Of a DNA stretch of 64,000 nt, positions 54,422-64,000 are shown in pieces; the stretch's first letter is position 1, and each line of letters starts with the position of its first letter. The position numbers and the translations under genes were made by a program. Under the pieces are notes generated by a model. That model had not been told where the DNA came from, ran no database searches, and saw only the letters and a program-made list of their open reading frames with translations. The stretch covers positions 1 to 64,000 of IMG/VR virus record IMGVR_UViG_3300009008_002419. The stretch is one strand, 5' to 3'. Origin of the DNA: a virus.

Positions 54422-55227
54422 TCTATTACCACCTTTGTGGGGCTATCTGGTTTCGCTATAACGAATTTATCGGTATAGTCAGGAAATTCTTGCTCAATTT
54501 TACTTTGTACAAGCTCAGGACTGTTTGTGTTTTTACTTAAATGTCCAAAGATAATCTTTTGTACTTTGTCTAAATCAATGTTATTTTTTACAAACTCAAT
54601 TGCCTGATTAGAGCTTAAATGCCCAGTTGCGCTTTTTATTCGTTCTTTCAACTCAATTGAATAATCAGCGTTCTTTTCAATCTCGTCTTCATCGTAGTCA
54701 GCCTCAATAAAATAGGCATCGCAGTCTTGCAATGCCTCTCTTATCACAGGAGTAATCATTCCTGTATCTGTTAAGTAGCCAAACTTTGGTCCCTTGGGGT
54801 ATTGTTCAATAACAAAGCCTAAACTATATTCTGAATCATGTTTAGTGCTAAATGAAGTTACAGTCAAGTCGTGGCCAATCGCATACTTAGTCCCAGGTTT
54901 TTGCATCAGAAAAGTTTTCGATTCTTGAACTCGCGGTAGCTTTTCTTTTTTAGCCTCATATACTTTTTCATGTATATAAACCATTGGATGCTGTCTTTCA
55001 GAATATTGAGCACAAATGACATCTAAACCTTTAATATGGTCACTATGCCCATGTGTAATAAATATTGCGTCGGGAATATTAGTACCATGTCTAAGAGAGA
55101 CTGACTCTTTGAACTCATTAAATTTTCTAACTCCTATTCCTGCATCAATAATAAGGTTTGTCGTTTCAGTAGTAATTTGAGTGCTATTACCTGAACTACT
55201 GCTTACCATAAAATTTAAGACCATCAT
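54418..55227 (-). CDS. Metallo-beta-lactamase-fold nuclease (YycJ-like)
   Basis: SSSGN, IDAG, THGHSDH, TDTG, GHLS. Confidence 0.88.
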   Translation of the reverse strand: MMVLNFMVSSSSGNSTQITTETTNLIIDAGIGVRKFNEFKESVSLRHGTNIPDAIFITHGHSDHIKGLDVICAQYSERQHPMVYIHEKVYEAKKEKLPRVQESKTFLMQKPGTKYAIGHDLTVTSFSTKHDSEYSLGFVIEQYPKGPKFGYLTDTGMITPVIREALQDCDAYFIEADYDEDEIEKNADYSIELKERIKSATGHLSSNQAIEFVKNNIDLDKVQKIIFGHLSKNTNSPELVQSKIEQEFPDYTDKFVIAKPDSPTKVVIE

Positions 55228-57971
55228 TAAGTAATAATACCTGCTTTGAATACCATCACTTTTACGCTTTGTTTATTAAGCTTTCGTGATACTTGTTTAT
55301 CATGCAAGATTAGCCCCTTTTTATGTAAATCTTGTACAATGGCTCCAAGAGAGTGAGCAAGTTCGCCACTTAGTTTTTTATAAATGTAACTATAAGCTTT
55401 TTGCCCAATAATACAAACTTCATCTTCCATTTTAGCGTTGGTCAATCTCCACCCAATAATAGGAGTTCGTTCAGTATCTAAGAAAGTTTTATTATCGTCT
55501 TGCAATCTAATTTCGTTAGTTGCTATACCTTCTTGAAGTGTACTTAAGAATATTTCAGAAGCCATCTCTTCTGCAGATTCATTGACTTGTTCTTTAGTTT
55601 TAGTAACCAAGAAAGTTTTAAATTTGTTTTGATTTTTTACCGCGTCCGCTTCTTTCCACAAATATTCGCTAATTACTTTATAGCTTGCCATCATTAAAGC
55701 GACGTTTCGAGATATTCTAGCATCATTAGGATTGCCTTTTACATGCTCATGAAACTCTGTTTCATAAGCTTCAAACGAATCGCTGATTTTGTTTGGGTCT
55801 AAGCCCAATACATGTTGAATGTATCTTGCAGTAAACCCAGGAAATAAATGCTGGATTTTTTCAATAGCTTTACCTTTAACTCTGTCTTTAAATCGTGGGT
55901 GACAGTCTACAAGTATAGTTCGTGCTAATGTTGATGCTTCTCCACCTGGAGTATCCTCACCTGTGGATGCTAGAAATCCTGAGATTGTTTTAGTCTTTTG
56001 CATCTTAAGATCAGAGCGTGATCTTGCACGAGAGGTGTTGTCAGCGTAGTTCTGCATGAGTGTGATAGCGTAATCGTAACTCGAGTTTTTACCGCCAAAA
56101 TTTCTAAGTTTAAAGTCATCAATGATATACAAAGCGTCTTTAAATAAGTAACCTACGTTATGAAGAGCTGTTGCAGTCGAAGTCCAAGACATTAGGTTTG
56201 TAAATGTTCCATAGAAGTTCTGGAAGAACTTCATAATATAAGACTTACCATCGCCCGATCTACCTCGAACAAAGTAAGAGTATTTTGTCCGCTCACCTTT
56301 AATAAACGGAAAAATAATAGGTAAGAATGTGTGAGCTAAAGCAGAATGTGTGTAATTATAGTTACTAAGATCTAAAAGATTTATTAGCCCTTCCTTAGCA
56401 GTGTTAAACTCTTCGTCAGTCGGGTTCATAAGATCTAAACCTTCGGCAAGATCTTCTCCTGTTAAGTCATATTCCATTGTTTCATTATCAAAGATTCCAT
56501 CTTTAGTAATAATTACAGAGGGCATACAATATCTATTAGGATAAAGATCCTCTTCTTTATCTTTATAATAACCAATAACTTGAGTAATTTCTCTGCGTTC
56601 AGTATCAGCAAATTTATTCACACAATGACGAATTTTATCCAAATCTTTATGTATAAATATACCATCAATTCCAATAGCATTTGCTATCATTACTTTAAAA
56701 CCTTCAGTATTAAAATAACGATCAACTCCTACTTGGAATTCTGCTGAACGCTCTGGACCTGTTATAATTCCATTAAAAAATTTGTGAGTATTAATGCCAT
56801 CATCAATAATGATTTCTTCATTGATATCAATAGTGAAATTAGTTAGTTGTCCATATAACGGTTCATTCTTAGCAGGATCTGCATTTGGGAAAAACTCATA
56901 GTACCCGCCATCGAGCATTCTATAGTTTTCAAGCGGGTCAGCTAAGATCTCAGCAAGATCTCCAGTATCTCCCAGAGCTTTTTTATAGAATACAATTGGA
57001 CTGTTCCAACTACCAATGTTCCGACACTGTGCTGGACATATACCTTGTTCTTGTAACTTACTACAACGAATAGGTTTATAGCCTTTTCCATTAATAGCAG
57101 TCTTCATTTTTTCAATGTGATAGTTACTAGTGTCAGGATTATAATACTCTAATTGTGGTAAGAGTATCTCTCTAAGATAGCGTTCTCCTTCATCTTCTCC
57201 ATGATTGTGAGAAGCATTAATCAAAATATAACCTAAAGCTAAAAGTTCATCATTAGTTAATTTTTTTTCTTTAAATAATTTGTCTTTAATAGCTTGCAGG
57301 GCTACACATTTTTTAAAAATATTTTCAACAGGGCTAGTTGCATTCTTGAAAGAATCTTCTGTGGCATACTGAACTTCATCAAAATCATTGATATTAGTAA
57401 ATACGCTAAATTTGCCACTAGTTAAATGTTTACCATTAGGCCCTTTAACTAAGTTTCCAGAACTTCCTTTTTCAACCCTTGCTTGTTTAGGAAATAACTC
57501 TAAGTGAATATTCCCAATCTCTTTTATGCCTTCCATCATTTCACGAAGGCCATTATATACAATTTCAGAGCTTACAGGCTCTTTGAAGAATACCCAAACA
57601 TGATATCCCTTATAACCAGAAAACTCCGTATAATGAGGGATTCCTTTTTCTTTAAAAATATCTTCAACATAACCTGTTTGCTCTTGCAGTTTAGGGAGCC
57701 AATCATCCAAATTAAAGTTGGGCGCAGTGTACACTGGTTTATCTAAGTCAATGTCTACTACAGCCCACTTTAATGTATTCTGTTCTGGAATGATTTGATA
57801 GAGTCCAATAGTTTGTTCACCGTTTAGATGCTTCTGAATTATATCATCGGTAAGGTGTTGCTCTGTTGGAATATGTGCACGATTTGGTAATTGAACCGTG
57901 TAATTATCGTCACGATGGACAAAAAGTTCCCTAAACTTTGTTGTATTCATTTGATTCTTATCTCTTCCCAT
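55227..57971 (-). CDS. AEP-type primase fused to P-loop helicase
   Basis: DID.D, SG.KGYH, Cys cluster C....GICP..C, Walker A GRSGDGKS, IIDDF. Confidence 0.82.
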   Translation of the reverse strand: MGRDKNQMNTTKFRELFVHRDDNYTVQLPNRAHIPTEQHLTDDIIQKHLNGEQTIGLYQIIPEQNTLKWAVVDIDLDKPVYTAPNFNLDDWLPKLQEQTGYVEDIFKEKGIPHYTEFSGYKGYHVWVFFKEPVSSEIVYNGLREMMEGIKEIGNIHLELFPKQARVEKGSSGNLVKGPNGKHLTSGKFSVFTNINDFDEVQYATEDSFKNATSPVENIFKKCVALQAIKDKLFKEKKLTNDELLALGYILINASHNHGEDEGERYLREILLPQLEYYNPDTSNYHIEKMKTAINGKGYKPIRCSKLQEQGICPAQCRNIGSWNSPIVFYKKALGDTGDLAEILADPLENYRMLDGGYYEFFPNADPAKNEPLYGQLTNFTIDINEEIIIDDGINTHKFFNGIITGPERSAEFQVGVDRYFNTEGFKVMIANAIGIDGIFIHKDLDKIRHCVNKFADTERREITQVIGYYKDKEEDLYPNRYCMPSVIITKDGIFDNETMEYDLTGEDLAEGLDLMNPTDEEFNTAKEGLINLLDLSNYNYTHSALAHTFLPIIFPFIKGERTKYSYFVRGRSGDGKSYIMKFFQNFYGTFTNLMSWTSTATALHNVGYLFKDALYIIDDFKLRNFGGKNSSYDYAITLMQNYADNTSRARSRSDLKMQKTKTISGFLASTGEDTPGGEASTLARTILVDCHPRFKDRVKGKAIEKIQHLFPGFTARYIQHVLGLDPNKISDSFEAYETEFHEHVKGNPNDARISRNVALMMASYKVISEYLWKEADAVKNQNKFKTFLVTKTKEQVNESAEEMASEIFLSTLQEGIATNEIRLQDDNKTFLDTERTPIIGWRLTNAKMEDEVCIIGQKAYSYIYKKLSGELAHSLGAIVQDLHKKGLILHDKQVSRKLNKQSVKVMVFKAGIIT

Positions 57972-58348
57972 TTAACTTTTTTGTCCAATATTAGTTTCTT
58001 AATTCGTTGTTGGTTTTTATTAAGCCTAGCGTTTCCAGATTTAACTTCAATAAACGTTACTGCTTCATCTCCAAATACAACCAAATCAATAGGCATTCCA
58101 AGAAATTGGGTTTGTCTTGGATTATGCTTGAAGGACTTTAAAAAAGGTACGAATTTTTCCGCGATTTGTCCAGTAACAACTTCACTACTTTTCTTCTGGG
58201 ACAAAAGTTTTTTGTAGTTTTCTTTCTCCATAGCGAGTTCGTCTTTAAGTTCGCGGCAAAGAAGTTTTATTCGGTGAAGCTTATAAATAACCCACCATGC
58301 AATAATAGCAGTAGCTATTAAGGATAATGTTAAAATACCTTCAATCAT
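57947..58348 (-). CDS. Membrane-anchored Holliday-junction-resolvase-like PD-(D/E)xK nuclease
   Basis: N-terminal TM; GQIAE, FLG.PID, FIEVKSG, L...Q. Confidence 0.8.
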   Translation of the reverse strand: MIEGILTLSLIATAIIAWWVIYKLHRIKLLCRELKDELAMEKENYKKLLSQKKSSEVVTGQIAEKFVPFLKSFKHNPRQTQFLGMPIDLVVFGDEAVTFIEVKSGNARLNKNQQRIKKLILDKKVKWEEIRIK

Positions 58349-59824
58349 TTAAGTCCTTAGTTTCTTATCACAAACGAAATTACAAAAAACTCCACACTTT
58401 AGTTTCCCGTTTTCAAAAGAATCTGATCGATTTTCTTGAACTTGTATTTGAGTACTAAAGAAATGAGGTGCACCTAAAGGACAATTAATTTTGATTGCAT
58501 TCTTAATTGTTCTTTTTAAATTTTGTGCTTTGTTGTTTATATTGTCATAAAGAATTTTATTCTTTAAAAAATGCTTTACATAAACAAGTGCATTCTCTGG
58601 ATCGTCTGTATGGTTATCAATAATTTTAATTATATCTTTGTCAGTGATATTTAATTTGAAATCTTCTGGGGATATTTTTTCTAGCTGTTTATTTACTCTC
58701 TTACGTAAAAATTCAACTTTCTCCATACTAATGTTTGCCCGCCCTGTACCATATCTATCTGCGATACGCAGATCTAATAAATTATGTATATTGTCGGGCC
58801 CAGCTTTATTAATGAGCTTTCTAACACTTAAGTCAGAGATTTTCTTTGACGCATCAAAAAGATGAAGGGATACTAAAGAACTTATTTTTTTAATAAAATC
58901 TTTTTTGAATCCCCATCTAAATAAAATACGTTCAGTGAGAAAAGCTCCTGCTTTCTCATGCCCATAAAAATGTAACTCATCATTAATATTAGTTTGGCAC
59001 TGAGGTTTACCAATATCATGTAAAAGAGCGGCTGCTCTGATTATTTTACAACGCGGGTGCGACAGTTTAACAGAGTCAAGCGCATACATAATATGTTGAA
59101 AGAGATCTAGATTTTTACGTTTATTTGATTGTGGTATGCCTGTGCATAATGCGAGTTCTGGAAAAAAATCATCTAGAATTTTTGCAGAGCGTAGAATATT
59201 AAAAACTTTAGAAGGAGTTTCAATCCGTGTAAAGATTTTAAGCATTTCTCTATTGATTTGAGCAGAATGTGCTAAGACCAGTTTAAATCGGTAATCTTTT
59301 ATAGCCTCATTAGTTTTTGTTTCTAATGACCAGCCCGTACCTAGTAAACCAGCTAATACAGGCGCACGTAAGATACGGACTTTTGATTCTAAGATCTTTT
59401 TATAAGGATCTCCGATAAATTTTATTGTCTTGTTTTCTAAATCCTTTTCACCATCAAAAAAATCATACCACTGATCATTTAGTGGATCGTAGTATAATGC
59501 ATTGATTGTGAAATCTCTTGACTCGGCATCCTCTTTTAGTGATGCTGTATATTCAAATTTGTAATAAGTATTTTCGAGCCAAACTCTTTTCATAGGATAC
59601 AATGTAAAGTCTGTATCCATGTATCTAATTGTAACTGAAGTAGAAAAAGGATCAATATTGATAATTTTATCCTTGAAGCTTTTCTGTAATTCAGTTAATG
59701 TGGCTTTTACAGATATGTCATAATAACGGATTGTGTCTTTTAATTTTAAATCTCTTGCTGTTCCCCCACAGATGTAAGCTGTGTATCCGTGAGATTTTAA
59801 GAATTTGATAATACTTTTAACCAT
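58349..59824 (-). CDS. CCA-adding/poly(A) polymerase-family protein with HD domain
   Basis: GG..RD, RDFTINA, RILRA; HD domain LLHDIGK, GHE, AD. Confidence 0.85.
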   Translation of the reverse strand: MVKSIIKFLKSHGYTAYICGGTARDLKLKDTIRYYDISVKATLTELQKSFKDKIINIDPFSTSVTIRYMDTDFTLYPMKRVWLENTYYKFEYTASLKEDAESRDFTINALYYDPLNDQWYDFFDGEKDLENKTIKFIGDPYKKILESKVRILRAPVLAGLLGTGWSLETKTNEAIKDYRFKLVLAHSAQINREMLKIFTRIETPSKVFNILRSAKILDDFFPELALCTGIPQSNKRKNLDLFQHIMYALDSVKLSHPRCKIIRAAALLHDIGKPQCQTNINDELHFYGHEKAGAFLTERILFRWGFKKDFIKKISSLVSLHLFDASKKISDLSVRKLINKAGPDNIHNLLDLRIADRYGTGRANISMEKVEFLRKRVNKQLEKISPEDFKLNITDKDIIKIIDNHTDDPENALVYVKHFLKNKILYDNINNKAQNLKRTIKNAIKINCPLGAPHFFSTQIQVQENRSDSFENGKLKCGVFCNFVCDKKLRT

Positions 59825-60207
59825 TAAAAATCATCCGCTATTTTTAGATCTTTAATTCCACAGTAGTCTCTGATATATCTGACATTTTTACTAAAAGAGC
59901 CTAACTTATGTTTAGAGCAAACACAAGTTATATGAGTTTTTGGGAAATCATTGCTGTCTCGTAAACGTTTAAAGTTTTCTCGAGTCATTGCTAGGTTCAC
60001 GCGATTTTGCTTCCTTTTCATAAGCTCATCTCGCATACATAAACCACGTCGTTGGTTACCCATTGAATACTTGAAATACTTGCAATTACCACAACACTTT
60101 GCAATTTCGAGCCCAGGTCGTTTCTTTATTGCCTTTTTTTCTTTTTCAAACTCTTCAAAAATATCCGATAAGTCTTCGATGTCATTATTAAGTTGTTCGT
60201 CGTTCAT
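59824..60207 (-). CDS. Cys-rich hypothetical protein
   Basis: CCGNCKYF, GLC, VC..H. Confidence 0.6.
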   Translation of the reverse strand: MNDEQLNNDIEDLSDIFEEFEKEKKAIKKRPGLEIAKCCGNCKYFKYSMGNQRRGLCMRDELMKRKQNRVNLAMTRENFKRLRDSNDFPKTHITCVCSKHKLGSFSKNVRYIRDYCGIKDLKIADDF

Positions 60208-60208
60208 A

Positions 60209-61324
60209 TTATTTTCGTAAGTGTGGGTGAGATTCTTCTAACCCTGCATTGGTTACTTCATTTAATTGAGCAGCCCATTGAAAGGAACGAATACCTGAAG
60301 TGCCTGTGTAAGACATTGCAGATTTTAACCCATCCATTAAATCGTTAAAAATTCTTTTTACCTTACCTTTATAGGGGATTAGTTTACTATTTCCCTCAAT
60401 ATTTTTTTCAACTTCACCTCTCGCTCTTTTGGCTTCAAGACTTGCTGATCCTCGGTAAGATTTAAATAGCTGTTCATTGGGCCAATCGCCCATTCGTAAA
60501 ATATCTCCAGGAGCTTCTTTAGTTCCAGCTAATAAGGAACCTAGAATTACTGAGTCTGCTCCTGCGACTACTGCTTTAGCTAAATCCCCTGGAACCCTAA
60601 TTCCACCGCAAGAAATAATACTCGGTCTGTTTGCTCTTTCATTAGGATTACGATGAAGATATTCTTCTAGTGCTATTTGAGCATTTAATAAAGCAGTAAT
60701 TTGTGGGACACCGCAGCCTGTTTTAATTCGAGTTTCACATAAAGATCCATTACCCTGACCTACTCTTATTCCATCAGCTCCATGATCAAGTAAGTGCTTA
60801 GTTCCTGACCTAGTTGATACAGATCCTGCAATAATGTCTATTTTGATATGCTTTTTAAGTTCATCAAGAGCTTTAATTACTAAAGTATGATCTCCATGTG
60901 CAACGTCAATTAATAGAACAGTTGCCCCAGCCTTTTCTAATTCTTGAGCTCGTTCTAGATAATCATCTTTAACTCCAATAGTTCCTCCGACATTGCTGCC
61001 TTGAACCATACTCTTAATCTGATCAATTTGTTCATCAATTGACATAAAGCGGTGTATAAATCCAATTCCACCTAAATCATTTAAAGCTTGCGCCATTGAG
61101 CGCTCAGTCACTGTGTCCATTGGAGAACCAATAATAGGTGCACGTGTTTTTACATTTCTACTTATTTGAGTTGTAGTATCACACTCATCTCTACTGTTAA
61201 TGCGACTTTTACGTGGTATTATGGTAACATCATCAAATGTTAACGCTTTCTTCAATTCATGGAATCTTTCAATAGCTTTAATTGCTGGTAATGAGTCAGC
61301 TAAGTTTCCGAAGTTATACTTCAT
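60209..61324 (-). CDS. guaB: IMP dehydrogenase/GMP reductase family, no CBS domain
   Basis: TFDDV, SPMDTV, DVAHG, G.GSLC.TR, G.GVPQ, YRGSAS. Confidence 0.88.
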   Translation of the reverse strand: MKYNFGNLADSLPAIKAIERFHELKKALTFDDVTIIPRKSRINSRDECDTTTQISRNVKTRAPIIGSPMDTVTERSMAQALNDLGGIGFIHRFMSIDEQIDQIKSMVQGSNVGGTIGVKDDYLERAQELEKAGATVLLIDVAHGDHTLVIKALDELKKHIKIDIIAGSVSTRSGTKHLLDHGADGIRVGQGNGSLCETRIKTGCGVPQITALLNAQIALEEYLHRNPNERANRPSIISCGGIRVPGDLAKAVVAGADSVILGSLLAGTKEAPGDILRMGDWPNEQLFKSYRGSASLEAKRARGEVEKNIEGNSKLIPYKGKVKRIFNDLMDGLKSAMSYTGTSGIRSFQWAAQLNEVTNAGLEESHPHLRK

Positions 61325-61845
61325 ATAATTTTTCCTAAAATATGGTCATACTCATGTTGTAGTATTCGTGCAAACAATTTACTATTGGTTCCTGTTACCT
61401 TCATAGTTTGACGTTCAGCACTTTTTAAATCATAGAAGGAAATAGTCACATTTTGTTTTCTTCTGACTGATTTTGGTTTACGGTCAGGCAAACTTAAGCA
61501 ACCTTCTTCCATTTTAATAGTAGGACCGTTTGATACTACAACAGGGTTAATAAACTCTCTCCAAGCATAAATTTCTTTACCATCTTTTGTAGTTACAGGC
61601 CAGATTGATATAAAAATTGCAGGGCAAGGTTCGTCAGGTGAATCCCAGATTTGGTTAGCACACAATCCTAGACATTTGTCTTTATGTTCCTGTGCAGTAT
61701 CCTTTAAATTTTCAATAGTTTGCACAACATCAGGTCCCCAAAAAGGACTGTCGGACATTGGAGAATCTAAAACAGGCTCAACCATTTCACAGGGTTTCGA
61801 TAAAGTTTCTTTATCTTTGGGATATGTATTAATTTTTTTAATCAT
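61321..61845 (-). CDS. def: Peptide deformylase
   Basis: GLCANQI, EGCLS, QHEYDH. Confidence 0.9.
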   Translation of the reverse strand: MIKKINTYPKDKETLSKPCEMVEPVLDSPMSDSPFWGPDVVQTIENLKDTAQEHKDKCLGLCANQIWDSPDEPCPAIFISIWPVTTKDGKEIYAWREFINPVVVSNGPTIKMEEGCLSLPDRKPKSVRRKQNVTISFYDLKSAERQTMKVTGTNSKLFARILQHEYDHILGKII

Positions 61846-62543
61846 TTTTCATTATCTTTTTTATTATTCGCTTTCTCTTAAGAAATTGCGAGTGTAGTAG
61901 GTCAACCTTGTGGTCATGAAAATCTATAATGGCAGCACTAGTTTTTCCCATAGCTTTGCGCATTAGTCTTCCAGCCGACTGCCTAATTTTAATTTCGGAT
62001 TTAATAGGTCCTGCTAAAAACAAAACTTCTAAGCTTGGAAAATCAATTCCAGTGCTAAACAGACCGTAAGTGGAAATAATAACTTTAATCTTTCCAGCTT
62101 TAAGTCGTTTCATAATTTCTGCCCGTTTCTTTTTAGGCATTTTGGAAGTTAGTTTTTCGGACCCCTTTATTTTACTGTTCAAGTACTCGACCTGTGATAG
62201 TCGAGAGCTAAGGATACAGATAAATTTGTCTTTATTTAGTTCGGCTTGTTTGAGGATCAGCTCGTTTCTGGCATGATTTTGTGATAAATCATTCAGCATT
62301 TCCTGATATTCAGTAGTACTGAAAAGCGGAAAATAATAGTCTGTTTTTATTTCTTCAAAAGTAGGAGTTATAAGAACATTCTCTAATTTCTTTTTTTCTA
62401 CTGTATGGATTTTAGGACCAGTGGCTAAAAATATAACCTCAGTTAATCCGTCTTCTCTTCTGGGGGTAGCACTAAAACCAAATTTATACTTTGCGGTTAG
62501 TTTTGTTAGCGCTCTATAATATGTTTGTGCTGCGACAATATGT
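61838..62543 (-). CDS. SF2 DExH helicase, exon 2
   Basis: Open frame from HIVAAQTY through FSATP.R.DG, STG.D.P.L, Q..GR..R. Confidence 0.88.
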
Positions 62544-63608
62544 CAATTTGTTATCCTAAAGACTTTTTATTCTTTAGTTCTTATAATTAGCTTATAAGTT
62601 CGGCGTACTTTTTTACCTTATACTGGTAAGTACTTAGGTATCGGACACTCTTGGTAGAATTATATTTATTCATCTACTACGCTCTACACTGCTAATTAGC
62701 CTTACGCTATCTAATTAGTTAGCACGGAATTAGCTCATTTAATCAGCCTTCTCCGTTTTTGCCCAATTATAATTTCTGATTTTTCAATCAAAAACGGCAC
62801 ATGCTTTTTTAAACATTTCTTTTTTTCGTTCCAAACAAACAGAGGTATCATTATATAAATATTTATATAATTCTTTAATTTTTTTATTATCTGAAGTTGA
62901 AATACGAAAACATGTTATTTGATCTAAGGTTTTACTATACTTTATTTCACTAATTTTATTTGGAAGACGCAATACATCCTTAGTCCAAGTTATGATTGGT
63001 TTGCTTCCTACTATACTAAAACCAGCTCTACACACTGTTTTTCTTATATAAATTGACCCATCACCATCAAACAACCCTCTAATAAAATGTCTTATTAAAT
63101 GATCTGGAACATTTTCAGGTGGTTTTAAAATCAAAGATTTTTTAGGTATACATCCTTGTTTTATTAGGTCTGTGTGCATTTGTTTGTCAGTAAATTCTAA
63201 TCGTTTTGTATTATGACCTTTAACATTCTGTATTTTGTTTTTAAGATTTAATGCCTGTTTAAGCTTACTTAAGTGTTCTATGTCTTTTGTATGTAAAGCT
63301 AAGCTAATGCCTAGATTGTGTGAATGCACACAACCGTCTGCGTAAAGAAATCCAAGCCAATAAGCTTTTTCTTCTGTGTCTATGTCAGCAAAAAAATCTT
63401 TTTTTCTGTCAATTGGTGTATGACAGTGATCATAATCTCTAACAATTCCGTGTTCATGTAAAGTTTTATAAACTTCTCTTTTAGACGAAATGTTTAATTC
63501 TTCCATAATCTGGTACGCGGAATATCCTTTTTTGTATAAAGTAAGAATTTGGTTCTTCATACTTTTTAGTGTACGTACTAATATGGAGTTTGTCAATAGC
63601 TTAATTGT
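62544..63608 (-). mobile_element. Group I intron in helicase motif II
   Basis: Exon ends in U (GATGAGGT), intron ends in G (ACAAATTG); splicing restores DEVH; P7-like GTAGAGCGTA and AAGTACGCCGA elements. Confidence 0.88.
62784..63596 (-). CDS. Intron-encoded double-motif LAGLIDADG homing endonuclease with N-terminal HTH
   Basis: AYWLGFLYADG and HFIRGLFDGDG. Confidence 0.92.
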   Translation of the reverse strand: MTNSILVRTLKSMKNQILTLYKKGYSAYQIMEELNISSKREVYKTLHEHGIVRDYDHCHTPIDRKKDFFADIDTEEKAYWLGFLYADGCVHSHNLGISLALHTKDIEHLSKLKQALNLKNKIQNVKGHNTKRLEFTDKQMHTDLIKQGCIPKKSLILKPPENVPDHLIRHFIRGLFDGDGSIYIRKTVCRAGFSIVGSKPIITWTKDVLRLPNKISEIKYSKTLDQITCFRISTSDNKKIKELYKYLYNDTSVCLERKKEMFKKACAVFD

Positions 63609-64000
63609 ACCTCATCGCAAATTATTTGCCCAAACATATTGTTTATTTTTTGTAACTTATCATCGGTTAGCCGCGTAACTGTCTGTAACAGTCCAACACT
63701 TATATTTTTTAAATAAAATTTACCTGCACCAATAAAACCTATTTCGTCTTTAGTAATAGTAGTGTGGTTTACTAGATTTTGTATTGTTTGATTAGCTAAT
63801 TCAATAGTGTGTACTAAAATTAATGTTGGTTCTTTTCTTTTTAGAATAAGATCAATGTACGCTAGGCTCTTGCCAGAACCTGTCATGGCTTCTACAATTC
63901 CAATGGTTTTATTTAAACACGTTGTAACAATTTCAGTTTGATAATCTCTTAATTGTAAGTGTTCCTTGAGTTTATGTTTATTAAAGTATTTTTCATTTCT
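63609..64000 (-). CDS. SF2 DExH helicase, exon 1 (5' end outside window)
   Basis: LRDYQ, TGSGKS, ILVHT..L..Q, IICDE; frame open to window edge. Confidence 0.88.

Noticed and set aside
30603-63678. Short + strand ORFs within the - arm (e.g. 31141..31362, 35864..36190, 38458..38742)
   Set aside because: Antisense shadows of well-identified genes
1-64000. CRISPR array, rRNA, integrase or IS element
   Set aside because: No regularly spaced repeats or matching motifs seen by eye

Overview
64 kb of a large tailed dsDNA bacteriophage with a contractile tail (sheath and tube genes), AT-rich, standard genetic code, in two convergent arms. The + arm (1-30.2 kb) holds small basic or Gly-rich proteins, a LigD-like phosphoesterase-ligase, a nucleotidyltransferase, large terminase, prohead protease, scaffolds, major capsid, neck, fibre, sheath and tube. 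The - arm (30.2-64 kb) holds DNA polymerase A, a sigma70-family factor, a ubiquitin-like operon (Ubl-GG, JAB, E1/ThiF and a large possible E2), class II RNR with an HNH intein, dUTPase, RecU, a ~10 kb unusual-sugar and glycosyltransferase cluster, SSB/Sak4/exonuclease, primase-helicase, an atypical CCA-adding/HD enzyme, IMPDH, peptide deformylase and an SF2 helicase split by a group I intron carrying a LAGLIDADG gene. The most interesting signals are: (1) a phage-encoded ubiquitin-like conjugation cassette; (2) a pervasive K-x-A/S motif shared by head proteins and many cargo-like proteins and enzymes, suggesting a capsid-targeting and protease-processing system; (3) a 103-nt structured RNA ending in an acceptor-like stem plus ACCA, with its own GGTATAAG promoter; (4) two promoter classes, one apparently making leaderless mRNAs. 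All calls come from manual motif recognition; no database search or folding program was run.
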